From Octopus bimaculoides (Eukaryota): a stretch of DNA of 42,646 nucleotides. The notes under the pieces were generated by a model that saw nothing but the letters and a program-made list of their open reading frames with translations, did not search any database and had not been told where the DNA came from. Each line of letters starts with the position of its first letter. The first letter of the stretch is position 1. The position numbers were made by a program, and so were the translations under genes. This document shows positions 11,146-24,620 of the stretch, in pieces. The stretch covers positions 56,201,129 through 56,243,774 of the forward strand of contig NC_068996.1 of NCBI RefSeq assembly GCF_001194135.2, read 5' to 3'.

Positions 11146-12709
11146 TTATACATATATCAACATATATGTGCATGTGTGCACATATGGTGTGTGTGTTTGT
11201 GTGTGCATGTTAGTGACTCCTCACATTGGCATTGCTCAATAATGGTAAATAAAAGTCACCATCATTGAAACAGTGTTATCCATTTACAGACTTCCATAAA
11301 AACATGTTTGGTCATAGGGAGATATTACTTCATGTGGAAACAGATGAGAGTTAGCAACAAAAAGGGAATCTGGTCTTAGAAATATCTGCTTCTATAAATT
11401 CCATCTGATCCATGCAAGAATGAAAAAACTGGATGTTAAATTGATGATGATGGCGGTGGTGATGTGAAAACAACACCCAAACTTAAAATATTATTGGGAT
11501 ATGAAGGAAAAGTCTCTACTGGATCCCTTGTTCTTATAAAGGTAAAACCATGTCCCAAGGGAGTAACAAAAGTACACTATGCTATATGTAACACAAAACT
11601 TTTGTTTTCATAATTGAAAAGCATTTACTTTGAAAGAACACCAATCAATCACAGAGGATAAGTGAGAAATAAACCCCACACATCTCTTGGAAGTAAAAAT
11701 AAAAAATGGCTAATTTTGATTTCTAATATATACAATGATTTCTCCCCAAACTCACAAGAGTTGGGGTTGTGTATCCCTTTGACCCCCCCCCCCCACAAAA
11801 TCTATTGCAATGGGGTCAAAACAGCAAACCAAAAAAACTTGTGTTTAGAACATAAATTAACATGAAGTTTTGATGGAAGAAAGTTTTTAATTTAGATCAC
11901 TTTAACCCTTTCGTTACCATATTTCTGTTGAAATACACTGGAAATTATTTCAATCTATTAATTTTGAAAATAATAAAGAATTTAATAAAATAACTTTGTC
12001 ATTATTAAACTGGTGTTTGGGACATGACTTAATGTGAAATTTTCTTGGAAGTTTTTAATCTAGATTACTTTAAATCAGAAAGTTTGTGTCATAGAACCAG
12101 GAGTGGTGGTCTCAGATGGGTTGGTATCTACAATGGTAAAGCACACAAAATACTGGAAGAGCGAGGTCATACTGATGACTACCAGCAGGGTCACCTAGTT
12201 TCAAATGTTAACCATTGTGAATATCTCCAGAACTGGCAGAGTCAGAAAATGATTTAACAAGAAGCTAAGTTAGAATTTCATGGGTGAGAATTTCTCTTGT
12301 TACTTAGCTGATCAATAACTACATGCTACTTCCGGTATTTGGAATAACTGATTAAATTGATCTCAGTGTAGGACCACCATAATATTTTATAGATCCAGAG
12401 AAGATCAAAGTGAACATTTATAAGAGTGGTATTTGAATTCAGGGGATAACGAAGTAATGCTAATTACAGCAAAGCAATTTGTATAGATACTACCAACTTT
12501 TGAATGTAAGCATGTGTGTATACATGTTTATACCTATTTACTATTATGTAGGTCAGTAAGTATACATGTCCATGTATATATGTATGTGTATGTATCCATG
12601 TGTATGTGTGTGTATGTGTATGTATTTGTGTGTGTGAGTGTGTATATATACGTGTATGTATTTATGTGTATGCATGTTTACCAATGTCTATGATCTTGCT
12701 CTCTCAGTA

Positions 12710-13205
12710 ACATGGAGTATCTTTTGGACTCCTTCCCAAACAGCATGCAGTGCACTGAAGATAACAACCAGCCTAAAACAAGAGAGCTGCAATGCATCAA
12801 CCTGCACCAGGTAAAGACTGCTCTCTCAGCCAAACATTTATGGGAATGGACAGAAATTGCAAATTGAGGATAAATTCATCTATTCAGGTATTACTGTGAA
12901 ATACTTTTGATGATGAAATCACCCTCCAAATCAATAAAAGCCAGTGAGGCATTCAGAAAAAACTGGACAGATGTTTGCCCAGGTTACTGACTGGAGACAT
13001 AGGAAAAGACTGGAGCAATTTCATCAACAGGGTCTCTGCCCAATGCTTAATATCCAATGGCATGTGTGTGTAAGTGACATTGAAATCCTCAAATGCAGCC
13101 AACCAATACAGAGTCTGTAGTACTTCAGCACAGATTACGATGGAATGGTCAGGTTTAGAATGGAACATAGTTGGATCTCTAAGCAATTTTGTGGATGGTG
13201 AGTTA
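12710..13205 (+). mobile_element. Decayed RTE-BovB-like LINE fragment (C-terminal RT/thumb region)
   Basis: Manual translation across frameshifts: DDEITLQI-KASEAFRKL ... LEQFHQQGLCPMLNIQWHVCVSDIEIL (from 13010) ... HRLRWNGQV-RMEHSWISKQ--DGEL, matching the RTE motifs LEQFHQRCLR-IL-I-W and QLRWAGHV-RM. Confidence 0.8.
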
Positions 13206-13487
13206 GTGACATAATTTGACCTTCATAATAGTAAAAAGGAATAAGCATCTATGTATATATATATTTATATTATATCATTTAAGCATAGTGATACTTACAA
13301 AAGGCATTAGTTTAGTACAGAGTGTAATGTGATATTAATATCAAAGGAACAAGTAAGTATGCAATGAACCTTTCATCATCTGACTCAAGATCCCCTCCTC
13401 CAATGCCCCCACTGAGTGTTTTCAAGATATCAGCCTGGATTTTTTATCCCTTTTAGCCCGCTTCTCATACATACACACACACATACA

Positions 13488-13519
<32 letters not shown>

Positions 13520-13832
13520 CATAAATATATATATTTATACATACAAACACACACACACACCGCAACTCATGCCACATAAAAAGAACTCAGTCCCCTCTGC
13601 TGAGTGGTTGGTGTTAGGAAGGGCATCCAGCCATTAAAATCCTGCCAAAGCAGTCACAGAAGTCTGGTGCAGTCTTCTGCGTGGCTGGCTCCTGTCAAAC
13701 TGTCTCACCCATGCCAACATGGAAAAAGGATATTAAAGATATATATACATACATATATATATANNNNNNNNNNNNNNNNNNNNNNNNNNNNNNNNNNNNN
13801 NNNNNNNNNNNNNNNNNNNNNNNNNNNNNNTA

Positions 13833-13870
<38 letters not shown>

Positions 13871-14072
13871 TATATACATAGATATATATCAAGTTCAATG
13901 ATGCAAACATGTGAAGCCTGAGCGCGTTTCCTTTTCTGCATATATCCCTCATGGCTGAGATATTTGACAATAAGTAGCAATAGCAGGAATTTTGCTGTGT
14001 GTTGAGGAGCTGCACATTTCCAGCAGCATAGAATAGGCTTGGTATGAAGAAAACTCAATTTACATGCATGTG

Positions 14073-14127
<55 letters not shown>

Positions 14128-14511
14128 ATGTACATATATGTAGTTTGCATAAAGCCTACTCTGATTTATATACATACTCTACTTGTTTCAGTTATCCAAC
14201 TGTCGCCATGCTGGGGCACTACCCCAAAGAATTTTAGTCGAATGAATCGACCTCAGCCATTATTTTTATTTTATGCCTGGTACTTCACTAAATCATGAGG
14301 ACATAAAGACATCGATGCTGGTTGCAAAGCAGTGGGGGAGAGCAAACACAGACACGACATGCAGATATGTATTTATATGCAGATATTGTTGTATATCGGG
14401 ATGGTCATTTTCTTTTTTATTCTTACACATGTCCATTGTCCGGATGGACGGACGGACGGATGGATGGATAGACAGACAGACAGACAGACAGATAGATAGA
14501 TATAAATATGG

Positions 14512-14544
<33 letters not shown>

Positions 14545-15390
14545 CATACATATATATATATATATNNNNNNNNNNNNNNNNNNNNNNNNNNNNNNNNNNN
14601 NNNNNNNNNNNNNNNNNNNNNNNNNNNNNNNNNNNNNNNNNNNNNNNNNNNNNNNNNNNNNNNNNNNNNNNNNNNNNNNNNNNNNNNNNNNNNNNNNNNN
14701 NNNNNNNNNNNNNNNNNNNNNNNNNNNNNNNNNNNNNNNNNNNNNNNNNNNNNNNNNNNNNNNNNNNNNNNNNNNNNNNNNNNNNNNNNNNNNNNNNNNN
14801 NNNNNNNNNNNNNNNNNNNNNNNNNNNNNNNNNNNNNNNNNNNNNNNNNNNNNNNNNNNNNNNNNNNNNNNNNNNNNNNNNNNNNNNNNNNNNNNNNNNN
14901 NNNNNNNNNNNNNNNNNNNNNNNNNNNNNNNNNNNNNNNNNNNNNNNNNNNNNNNNNNNNNNNNNNNNNNNNNNNNNNNNNNNNNNNNNNNNNNNNNNNN
15001 NNNNNNNNNNNNNNNNNNNNNNNNNNNNNNNNNNNNNNNNNNNNNNNNNNNNNNNNNNNNNNNNNNNNNNNNNNNNNNNNNNNNNNNNNNNNNNNNNNNN
15101 NNNNNNNNNNNNNNNNNNNNNNNNNNNNNNNNNNNNNNNNNNNNNNNNNNNNNNNNNNNNNNNNNNNNNNNNNNNNNNNNNNNNNNNNNNNNNNNNNNNN
15201 NNNNNNNNNNNNNNNNNNNNNNNNNNNNNNNNNNNNNNNNNNNNNNNNNNNNNNNNNNNNNNNNNNNNNNNNNNNNNNNNNNNNNNNNNNNNNNNNNNNN
15301 NNNNNNNNNNNNNNNNNNNNNNNNNNNNNNNNNNNNNNNNNNNNNNNNNNNNNNNNNNNNNNNNNNNNNNNNNNNNNNNNNNNNNNNNNN

Positions 15391-15441
<51 letters not shown>

Positions 15442-16089
15442 CACACATATATATAAATGTATACACACATATGTATATGTATGTTTTTAATTATATATTA
15501 TTTGGGGAAGGAAAGAACTGATAGTGACTTTGAAGTTTCTGCTTACTAACCATCATCAGATTATGGTTTACTTTGGTCTTTTGGGTTTCATAGTTTTTGG
15601 AAAGGTGTTCATTCTATTTAATGCTAATTGTTTTTTTTATATAACATAAAAAAAAAAAACATTTTTAGATGAATCAGCATAGCTGTGTGGTAAGAAGCTT
15701 GCTTCCCAACCACATGGTTCCTGGTTTGGTCCCACTGTGTAGCACCTGGGGAAGTGTCTTCCACTATAGCCTCAGGAAAACAAAAGCCTTGTCAGTGGAT
15801 TTCATAGATGGAAACTAAAAGAAGCCCATCAACCCACATACCCCATCTCTACCCCCACCTTCAACCTAACCCACCCTTGCTTTCCCTACTCTCGCCTCCT
15901 CCACATCCCAACACCACCACACCACACCACACCAGACATCACCACATCATACACCACCATACCACACAACACCACATCACATCACATCACACCACTGTGC
16001 ACCCACTAGTACTGACCACTTCCCAGCCCTACACCATCATCCACACACCTACACATACACACGTCAAGGTCACCAGCCCTCTTCCACAT

Positions 16090-16372
16090 GCATACGCATG
16101 CGCACCTTTATTTTGGGTTCACCACTACTTTATTATCTCCCCTTTTTCCTAGCTCTCCTGTGTGACCCCTCTGTCCTTCATTCGCCATGATAGATTGCTA
16201 GCCACTACACATTCTTTATTTTCTCTGCTTGTTTCTTTCTGTGTTCCTTTCTGTTGAAGAGCGTAGGCTTGAAACGTTAAAGACTTTCTCTATTCCTGAG
16301 TGTTAAACTAATACATCTGTTTGTTCTCTACACCACCTGTCTTCATCTTTTGTTTTTTTGTGAATTCTCCCA
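16090..16372 (+). mobile_element. Penelope-like 3'-end/pseudo-LTR-type repeat with a degenerate minimal HHR
   Basis: Pyrimidine-rich run, then CUUU-CUGUUGA-a-GAGC/GCUU-GAAACGUU|AAAG at 16247-16282; ends at a (TA)n tract. Confidence 0.5.
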
Positions 16373-16393
16373 CTATATATATATATATATATA

Positions 16394-16695
16394 GAAGAAA
16401 GTAATTCAACAACGCGGGTTGATGAACCGTAAGACGTGTGGCCAGAACCTCCTGGAAAATAACCATAGCGAGGGACATTCCACAGTTGAATTAGAACAGT
16501 CACAAACAGTGAAAGAAGACATGCACCCAACACCAGAGCTGAAGACACCTCCGAAAGGAGGGGCCCCACCACGTCAAAACGGTAGAGGAGTAGGGGCCGA
16601 AACCGGATGTGGTTCCTCCTGATGATGTCTTGAGCTAACTGGATCCTATAAAGGAGCTGTTGTGGTAGCAGACCACGAAACATGGTTGAAATTCC
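16394..16695. repeat. GC-rich hairpin-rich island between TA tracts, unclassified
   Basis: Hairpins CCTCC-GAAA-GGAGG, GGCCCC...GGGGCC and GTGGT-AGCAG-ACCAC; two CTGANGA...GAAAC pairs. Confidence 0.4.
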
Positions 16696-16793
16696 TATAT
16701 ACATATGTGTATGTATATTCCGCTTTCCATGCTAGCATGGGTTAGACGATTTGACTGAGGACTGGCGAAACAGATGGCTACACCGGGCTCCAA

Positions 16794-16861
<68 letters not shown>

Positions 16862-17689
16862 GTGTGTGTGTGAGTGTGTGTATATGTATATATATTTATA
16901 TATATATATTTGTGTGTGCCTGTTTGTCCTCCAACACCACTTGATAACTGGTGTTGATGTGTTTACATCCCTGTAACATTTGTGGTTTGGCAAAAGAGGC
17001 TGATAGAATAAGTACTAGGCTTAAAAAATGAGTCCTGGTATCAATTTCTTGAAACCAGTGCCCCAGCATGGTCGCAGTCATGTATGTATATGAGTTTGGT
17101 CTTACATACATAAAGCTCTCAGTCCTTGAGTCACCCTGTAAGTTGTGCTTATTACAAATAACCCATTCTATGACAAGTACAGGTCCTGACCTTTTGGTGG
17201 GGTCTAGTTGAATATATTGACCCCAGTGCTTAGCTTGTACTCATTTCATTGACCTGGAAAAGACGAGAGGCAAAGCCATCCCCAGCAGAATTTGGACTCA
17301 GAATAAAGACAGATGAAATACCACTAAGCAATGTGCTAGTTATTCTGCCAGCTCCCCATTCGTTGCAAATGATAAAAATAATGGACAGAACCAACATCCA
17401 TTGACAAGGTTGCAAGACCAATGAAAATTTTGGAAGAAAGAAAAATATTTAAACAGAAAATGAGTGGAAATTGAACCGGTAGTTTGTTAGATAGATTTCT
17501 TTATTTATCCACACAGGGCCAAACACTGGGGTGGGTGGGTAGGTAGTTAGATTATAAGGCATTGAGACAATATGACTCTCTCCAAACAACATAATATAAA
17601 TATATTTGTATACATAAAACACACACACACATACACACACAAATACATATATATATGTATATATACACACATAAATACATTTATCTATC

Positions 17690-17727
17690 TATTTATCTAT
17701 CTACCTATCTATCTATCTATCTATCTG

Positions 17728-17771
<44 letters not shown>

Positions 17772-17784
17772 CCTACCTACCTAC

Positions 17785-17836
<52 letters not shown>

Positions 17837-17850
17837 ATATCTATCTATCT
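17690..17850. repeat. (TCTA)n / (CCTA)n tetranucleotide microsatellite
   Basis: Read directly from the sequence. Confidence 0.95.
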
Positions 17851-18430
17851 ATGTGTCTTCTTTCAATCTGTTGTTGCTGTCAGTCGTTGGACTGTGGCCA
17901 TGCCGGAGCACTGCCTTCAAGACTTTAATTGAACAAATCAGCAAATCAGTAGTTTATTCTTAAGTCTGGTACTTTTGCCAAACCATTAAATTAGAGGACC
18001 ATAAACAAACCAACATCGTTTGTCTATCAGTGGTGTGTGTGTGTGTGTGTGTGGAGGTACAGAAACAAACAGACACACAAATACATACACAGATATTATA
18101 CATACATACACACATACATACATACATACATACATACATACATACATAAATATGCACACACACACACACACACACACATATATACATACACATATATATA
18201 TATATTATGTGTGTGTGTGTGTGTGCATTTGTGTGTGTGCATGTGTGTATAGATATGGATATAAATATATAACAGGTTCTACATTTTACCCTCTACCTAA
18301 TTCACTTACAAGACATTGGTTGTCCTGTGGCTATCATTGAAAATACTTTCCCAGACTCTCACACAATGGGATTGCAGAGTGAGTGCCTTGACCATGCAGT
18401 CATGCTTGGGCCAATAAAATATACACACAC

Positions 18431-19564
18431 ATGTACATACGTACATACATACATGCATACATTCATGCATGCATACATACATACATTCATGCATACATAC
18501 ATACATACATACATTCATACATACATACATACATACATACATGCATACATGCATACGTACATACATACATACATACATACATACAAGCATACATACATAC
18601 AAACATAGATAAACTGGGATTTTCAGAAAGAGAAAATGACCAGCTAATTCATACATTACAAGTGCAATCTGTGAGTGGAACAGTAAAAATATACAAGACT
18701 TTTCTCATNNNNNNNNNNNNNNNNNNNNNNNNNNNNNNNNNNNNNNNNNNNNNNNNNNNNNNNNNNNNNNNNNNNNNNNNNNNNNNNNNNNNNNNNNNNN
18801 NNNNNNNNNNNNNNNNNNNNNNNNNNNNNNNNNNNNNNNNNNNNNNNNNNNNNNNNNNNNNNNNNNNNNNNNNNNNNNNNNNNNNNNNNNNNNNNNNNNN
18901 NNNNNNNNNNNNNNNNNNNNNNNNNNNNNNNNNNNNNNNNNNNNNNNNNNNNNNNNNNNNNNNNNNNNNNNNNNNNNNNNNNNNNNNNNNNNNNNNNNNN
19001 NNNNNNNNNNNNNNNNNNNNNNNNNNNNNNNNNNNNNNNNNNNNNNNNNNNNNNNNNNNNNNNNNNNNNNNNNNNNNNNNNNNNNNNNNNNNNNNNNNNN
19101 NNNNNNNNNNNNNNNNNNNNNNNNNNNNNNNNNNNNNNNNNNNNNNNNNNNNNNNNNNNNNNNNNNNNNNNNNNNNNNNNNNNNNNNNNNNNNNNNNNNN
19201 NNNNNNNNNNNNNNNNNNNNNNNNNNNNNNNNNNNNNNNNNNNNNNNNNNNNNNNNNNNNNNNNNNNACATACATACATACATACATAAATGCATACATA
19301 CATACATACATACATACATACATTCATACATACATGCATACATACATACATACATGCATACATACATACATGCATACATACATACATACATACTTACATG
19401 CATACGTGCATACACGCATACATACATACATACATTCATACACACATATATACATACACTCATACATACATACATACATTCATACATACATACATACATA
19501 CATACATGCATACATGCATACGTACATACATACATACATACATACATACAAGCATACATACATA
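18431..19564. repeat. (TACA)n-type microsatellite array spanning an assembly gap, with duplicated gap flanks
   Basis: Degenerate TACA/TGCA/TTCA repeats on both sides of the N-run 18709-19267. The unique block 18600-18708 reappears identically at 19565-19673. Confidence 0.85.
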
Positions 19565-19780
19565 CAAACATAGATAAACTGGGATTTTCAGAAAGAGAAA
19601 ATGACCAGCTAATTCATACATTACAAGTGCAATCTGTGAGTGGAACAGTAAAAATATACAAGACTTTTCTCATGTTCCAAATGTGAATTTGTCTGTGCTA
19701 CCTACCTCTCAAAGATGGAACCTTGTCTCTTTATTGGAAACCAGCTCCCTCATCCGTGGAAAATTTATAATAATTTAAAA
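19565..19780 (+). mobile_element. Extreme 3' end of an RLE-type (R4/Dong-like) non-LTR retrotransposon: ORF end plus 3' UTR
   Basis: NIDKLGFSERENDQLIHTLQVQSVSGTVKIYKTFLMFQM* (stop at 19686), then about 90 nt ending in 'tataataattt'. Its DKLGF segment overlaps in protein sequence with the fragment at 19852-19984. Confidence 0.55.
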
Positions 19781-19786
19781 ATAGAA

Positions 19787-19832
<46 letters not shown>

Positions 19833-19851
19833 TACACATATATGTATATAG

Positions 19852-19984
19852 ACAGGCTAACTATGGAGAACTGCTACAAAAACTGCAGCTTCTGTATGCA
19901 GATTATAAATTCACTTTTATACCCCTAAAAATTGGTGCAATTGGTTTTGTGATTAAATGCCAGTCTGGATAAGCTAGGGTTTCC
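19852..19984 (+). mobile_element. Restriction-like endonuclease C-terminal fragment of an R4/Dong-like LINE (second copy, cut by a gap)
   Basis: ANYGELLQKLQLLYADYKFTFIPLKIGAIGFVIKC...LDKLGF resembles the RLE tail motif KY--L---L-----------P---GA-G. Confidence 0.6.
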
Positions 19985-20707
19985 NNNNNNNNNNNNNNNN
20001 NNNNNNNNNNNNNNNNNNNNNNNNNNNNNNNNNNNNNNNNNNNNNNNNNNNNNNNNNNNNNNNNNNNNNNNNNNNNNNNNNNNNNNNNNNNNNNNNNNNN
20101 NNNNNNNNNNNNNNNNNNNNNNNNNNNNNNNNNNNNNNNNNNNNNNNNNNNNNNNNNNNNNNNNNNNNNNNNNNNNNNNNNNNNNNNNNNNNNNNNNNNN
20201 NNNNNNNNNNNNNNNNNNNNNNNNNNNNNNNNNNNNNNNNNNNNNNNNNNNNNNNNNNNNNNNNNNNNNNNNNNNNNNNNNNNNNNNNNNNNNNNNNNNN
20301 NNNNNNNNNNNNNNNNNNNNNNNNNNNNNNNNNNNNNNNNNNNNNNNNNNNNNNNNNNNNNNNNNNNNNNNNNNNNNNNNNNNNNNNNNNNNNNNNNNNN
20401 NNNNNNNNNNNNNNNNNNNNNNNNNNNNNNNNNNNNNNNNNNNNNNNNNNNNNNNNNNNNNNNNNNNNNNNNNNNNNNNNNNNNNNNNNNNNNNNNNNNN
20501 NNNNNNNNNNNNNNNNNNNNNNNNNNNNNNNNNNNNNNNNNNNNNNNNNNNNNNNNNNNNNNNNNNNNNNNNNNNNNNNNNNNNNNNNNNNNNACATACA
20601 TACATACATACGTACACACACGTACATACATACATGCATACATACATACATACATACAAACATACATACATGCATACATACATACATACATGCATACACA
20701 CACACAT

Positions 20708-20860
20708 GGTGGTTGTCTACTCCTTAAACAGAGTTTGACCACCTCCTGCACCTACACCTTAGCCCTTTCATGGCGTCTGATGTGGCTTTTTAAACCAGAC
20801 AGTGCTTTGAAAAAACACCCACACAGATTGCACCTCTGATTTGCACTACCAATACCCGCA
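20708..20860 (-). mobile_element. Isolated C2H2 zinc finger plus stop, probable 3' end of an RTE-type LINE ORF
   Basis: CNLCGCFFKALSGLKSHIRRH (C-x2-C-x12-H-x3-H, 20832-20770), then ERAKV*. No TGEKP linker; bounded by microsatellites. Confidence 0.55.
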
Positions 20861-22236
20861 TACATACATGCATACATACACACACACACACATACATACA
20901 TACATACATACATACACACATACATATATATACACACACACACACACACATGCACACACACATACACACACACACACAAACGTACAAACACACAAAAACA
21001 TCCACACACACACACATACACATAAGTATGTATGCATGTATACATGTATACAAACTAACTGAGCCGGCTTCATACCAAATCTGTTTCCCTACGCTGTTGG
21101 AGTTGAGAGCTTTCTCCCTTATCATGCCTGATATCTTGGCCATGTGGAATATGAAATTATAAAGAATGCTAACCTATCTTGTCATTGCCATCAGTCTTTC
21201 TCAGTTCATTATGCTTTGAGACAACCTTGCAGTCAGAAAGAGCATCTCAAAGAATCTCTGTTTCGGCTGAACTGTGTCCTAGTGTACTTTAGTTATCCAT
21301 ACCTGATAGTCTCTAACATGACATACTAGAAATACCTAACTCAAGCAACTGGTTTCAGCCTGCTAAGCTAAATCAATGGAGCATCAAACAGAAGCTTCTG
21401 GTCAAATCACACCCAAATCTTTGAATATTATAGTCGCAGTGAAAGAGACATTATACAAATATTTACAAGAAATCAGTGTGCAACTATAAACAGCTGGCGA
21501 AGATATTTTGTCAGAATATAGAAAAGAATTTTACCAAACTGTTTAATCATCAAAGTGAGTGTTATTGGGTAACTTTTCTTTACACTTTGAGTTCAAATCA
21601 GTGTTGTGGACCATATTTTCATTTTATTGTTTTGTTTGTGCATCACGCTGCCAGACGTGTGTAAAATAATAATCGTTTATTTAATTGATTTGAAATTGTT
21701 GATTATGCACATGTCGAAGATTTCTATCGTTATTAGTTATTTATAATTATCATTTGTCCATGAAATAAATAAATTAGTAAAGTTTAAAACTTTCCATTCC
21801 CAGCGTTGTTACTGTCAAACAATGGCAAAAGACATTATCATCATCATCATCATCATCAACTACTACAACAATAACAGCGTTGACTGGTTTCATGTTATTA
21901 GCAATTTAATACTTGCATTTTGTGAAAAGGACTGAAAGAGAGAGAGAGAGAGAGAGAGAGAAAGAGTCTGCCTGCCAACCAGACCAACAGACAGACAGAA
22001 TCAAGCAGGCAGATATACAAATATTGAATGAATGAATGAATGAATGAATATAAAAGGAAAAAGAAAAGAATTTGAATGAAGAGGCAAAATGAACACCACA
22101 GCAGATATGTGTGTATGTATACATAAATTTACACATACACATGATATCAAGTATATTTTGCCTCTACCATATGTATAATATTTATATGCATATATATATA
22201 CACATGTGTATTTATATATTGTGATAGAATACTTAC

Positions 22237-22266
22237 ACTTTGCTGAGGTGATCTTGGCTTTTCCAT
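22237..22266 (-). other. Candidate short start-codon exon (MEKPRSPQQS), unverified
   Basis: agcATGG Kozak context, 10 open codons, then a phase-0 donor AGT|gtaagt. No recognisable homology. Confidence 0.2.
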
Positions 22267-23171
22267 GCTATTGCTGTTTGTTTTAGTAAATGTTTTTTAT
22301 CGGCAGGTAGTAATAATGCAGTTAGTAGTAGTAGTAGTAGTATCAATATTTGGTTTTTGTTAGTAAAAACAACTGAAATTGTAAGGTAGAGGGTTTGAAA
22401 TGGAGAATATTTTATAAGTAACACGTGGGGGTGTGGGGGTGGAATATTAATTAGTAGGCAGTAATTGTTGCTGTTGTTGTTGCTGAAGTAGTATTTTGTC
22501 TGAGGTGTCACCAGTGGACGAAGGGGGAGGTAAATGGGGAAGAGGAAGAGTAGCGAGGTGGGGGGTGAGAGGAGGTCTTTTCAAATGTCTGATTTGGCTG
22601 ACTGGGTGGGTTATGGGTTGGTGGTGGGGGTTGTTAAAGGAGAAACAGAAGGATGGTGTTTTATGGCAGTGAATAGAATGGTACTTTTTGCTCTTGTTGT
22701 TGATGATGGTGATGCTTATAATGATGTTGTTCTTAGGTGGTGGATGGGTGGGAGGGTGGTTGGTTGGTTGGTTGGTTGGTTGGTTGGTGATGGTAGTTTT
22801 AAAGAAATTGTCAGTAAAACACAGAGTCCCAGCCGGAGGGGGAGNNNNNNNNNNNNNNNNNNNNGTGTGTCTCGTCTTTTGGGATATTTAATTGTAATGT
22901 AGTCTGGTGCAGCTCCTCATAGTTGCAATTTCCAGTACAAAATCCCTATAAAGTTTAATTTCGCCTTCCATCCTTCCAGGTGGTTGCGGTGGTGATGATG
23001 ATGATGATGATGATGATGATGGTAGTGATGGAGGTAGTGGTGGTGGTGGTGGTGGTGGTTTTGGTAGCTTTGGTGATGATGATAGCGATGGCTTTGAAAA
23101 CTGTCAAACAGCAAGTGTCACAACAAGGATAATCGTGTATGTAAATAATCACCGGTTTATATATGTATGTG

Positions 23172-23230
<59 letters not shown>

Positions 23231-24186
23231 ATATATGTGTATATATATGTGTGTGTGTGTGTATGTTTATATGTATGTATGTGTGTATGAGATATTGTGG
23301 TATAGTATTATTAGAGGGCTGGAAATCCAATTCAACGTGCCACGGGCTCACTGATACTCACTGATAAACATACATGCACATGTAATGCACATGCCATGCA
23401 CATGTACACATTCACCAAAATCTTTTTTCTTTTTTTTGTAGGTTGTTTTCTTTTTGTTAATGTTGTTGTTTTTATAATTGTGCTTCTTTCTAGAAAAAAC
23501 AGATTATTAATGTCTTTTGCAGTTTCTTATTTTCAAACATTCTCTCTTTGTTATTCTTTTTCTTTTTATGCTTTTATTATTTTATTTTTTTTGCTTGTTT
23601 TTCGTTTCTTATTCCTTTAATTATTCTTACACTGTTTCTGTTGCAGGAAAAAATAATAATTAATTTATTAATTTTAATTATTATTAATTCTTTTTCTTGT
23701 TCTAGCAGGTTTTTTTTTCTGAGAATATAAATAATAAAAAGAGAAAAATATTTCAAATATTTGATAAATATAATTATATTTAATAAATATAATTATATTT
23801 GATAAATATAATTATATTCTACAAAAATGACATCAGAATATGCAAAGCACCTTGGTTGTCCATTGCGTCGGTTTTTCAGGAAATTTTCTTTCAGCTTTTT
23901 TTTACGTATTTTGTCCTAAGATATTGTTTGGTTTTCTGGGTGTTGATTTACCTTCTTATTTTTTTTACTCTTTTTCTTTGTTTTCTTTTTTCATGGATGG
24001 TTAATCAGAAAGATGAATGGTTAAATGGATGGACTGACAGATAAACAGACAGATATATGTATATATATATATATATATAGATAGATAGATAGCTAGATGG
24101 ATAGACAGATTACATGAATACGCAGATAGATAGGTATATAGATAAATAGATAGAAGGTTGGCTGCATATATCTATATATATTTACG

Positions 24187-24223
<37 letters not shown>

Positions 24224-24577
24224 AGATAGATAGATAGATGTATATATATATATATAATATATGTGGGTGTTTTTTCTTCTTGGATGGGGGAAAGACCAAA
24301 CAGTACCGGTTTCCACTGTAATGGTTTAATCTGCTGTTGCTGCTGTCGCAACCACCGCTGCTACTCCTGCTGCTGCTGATGCTGTCTACTGTCCCTGCTG
24401 CAACTTCTATCTTTCTGCTACTGCTGTTGCTGCTGCTGCTGCTGTTGATATTATTTGTGTGTGCATGGTGCCGGTGTTGGTGCTGGGTGGGTCAGCAGTA
24501 GTTGATGGCTGTAATGGTAGTAGTAAAGTTGGTGTACACACACACACACACACACACATATATGTGTAGGTGTGTAC

Positions 24578-24620
<43 letters not shown>

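Noticed and set aside
18600-19673. Identical 109-bp block on both sides of a gap, as a tandem duplication
   Set aside because: Perfect identity with one copy ending exactly at the gap edge is typical of unmerged contig overlaps; treated as a probable assembly artefact.
19706-19770. Exon candidate with a minus-strand gtaggt donor
   Set aside because: No AG acceptor and stops in all frames; better explained as the 3' UTR of the RLE element.
21050-21400. Possible GIY-YIG remnant (MIREKALN) and a TTGATG...GAAACCAGTT motif on the minus strand
   Set aside because: Similarity is too weak to call without a profile search.
23750-23820. 19-bp AT-rich triple repeat
   Set aside because: Ordinary low-complexity slippage product.
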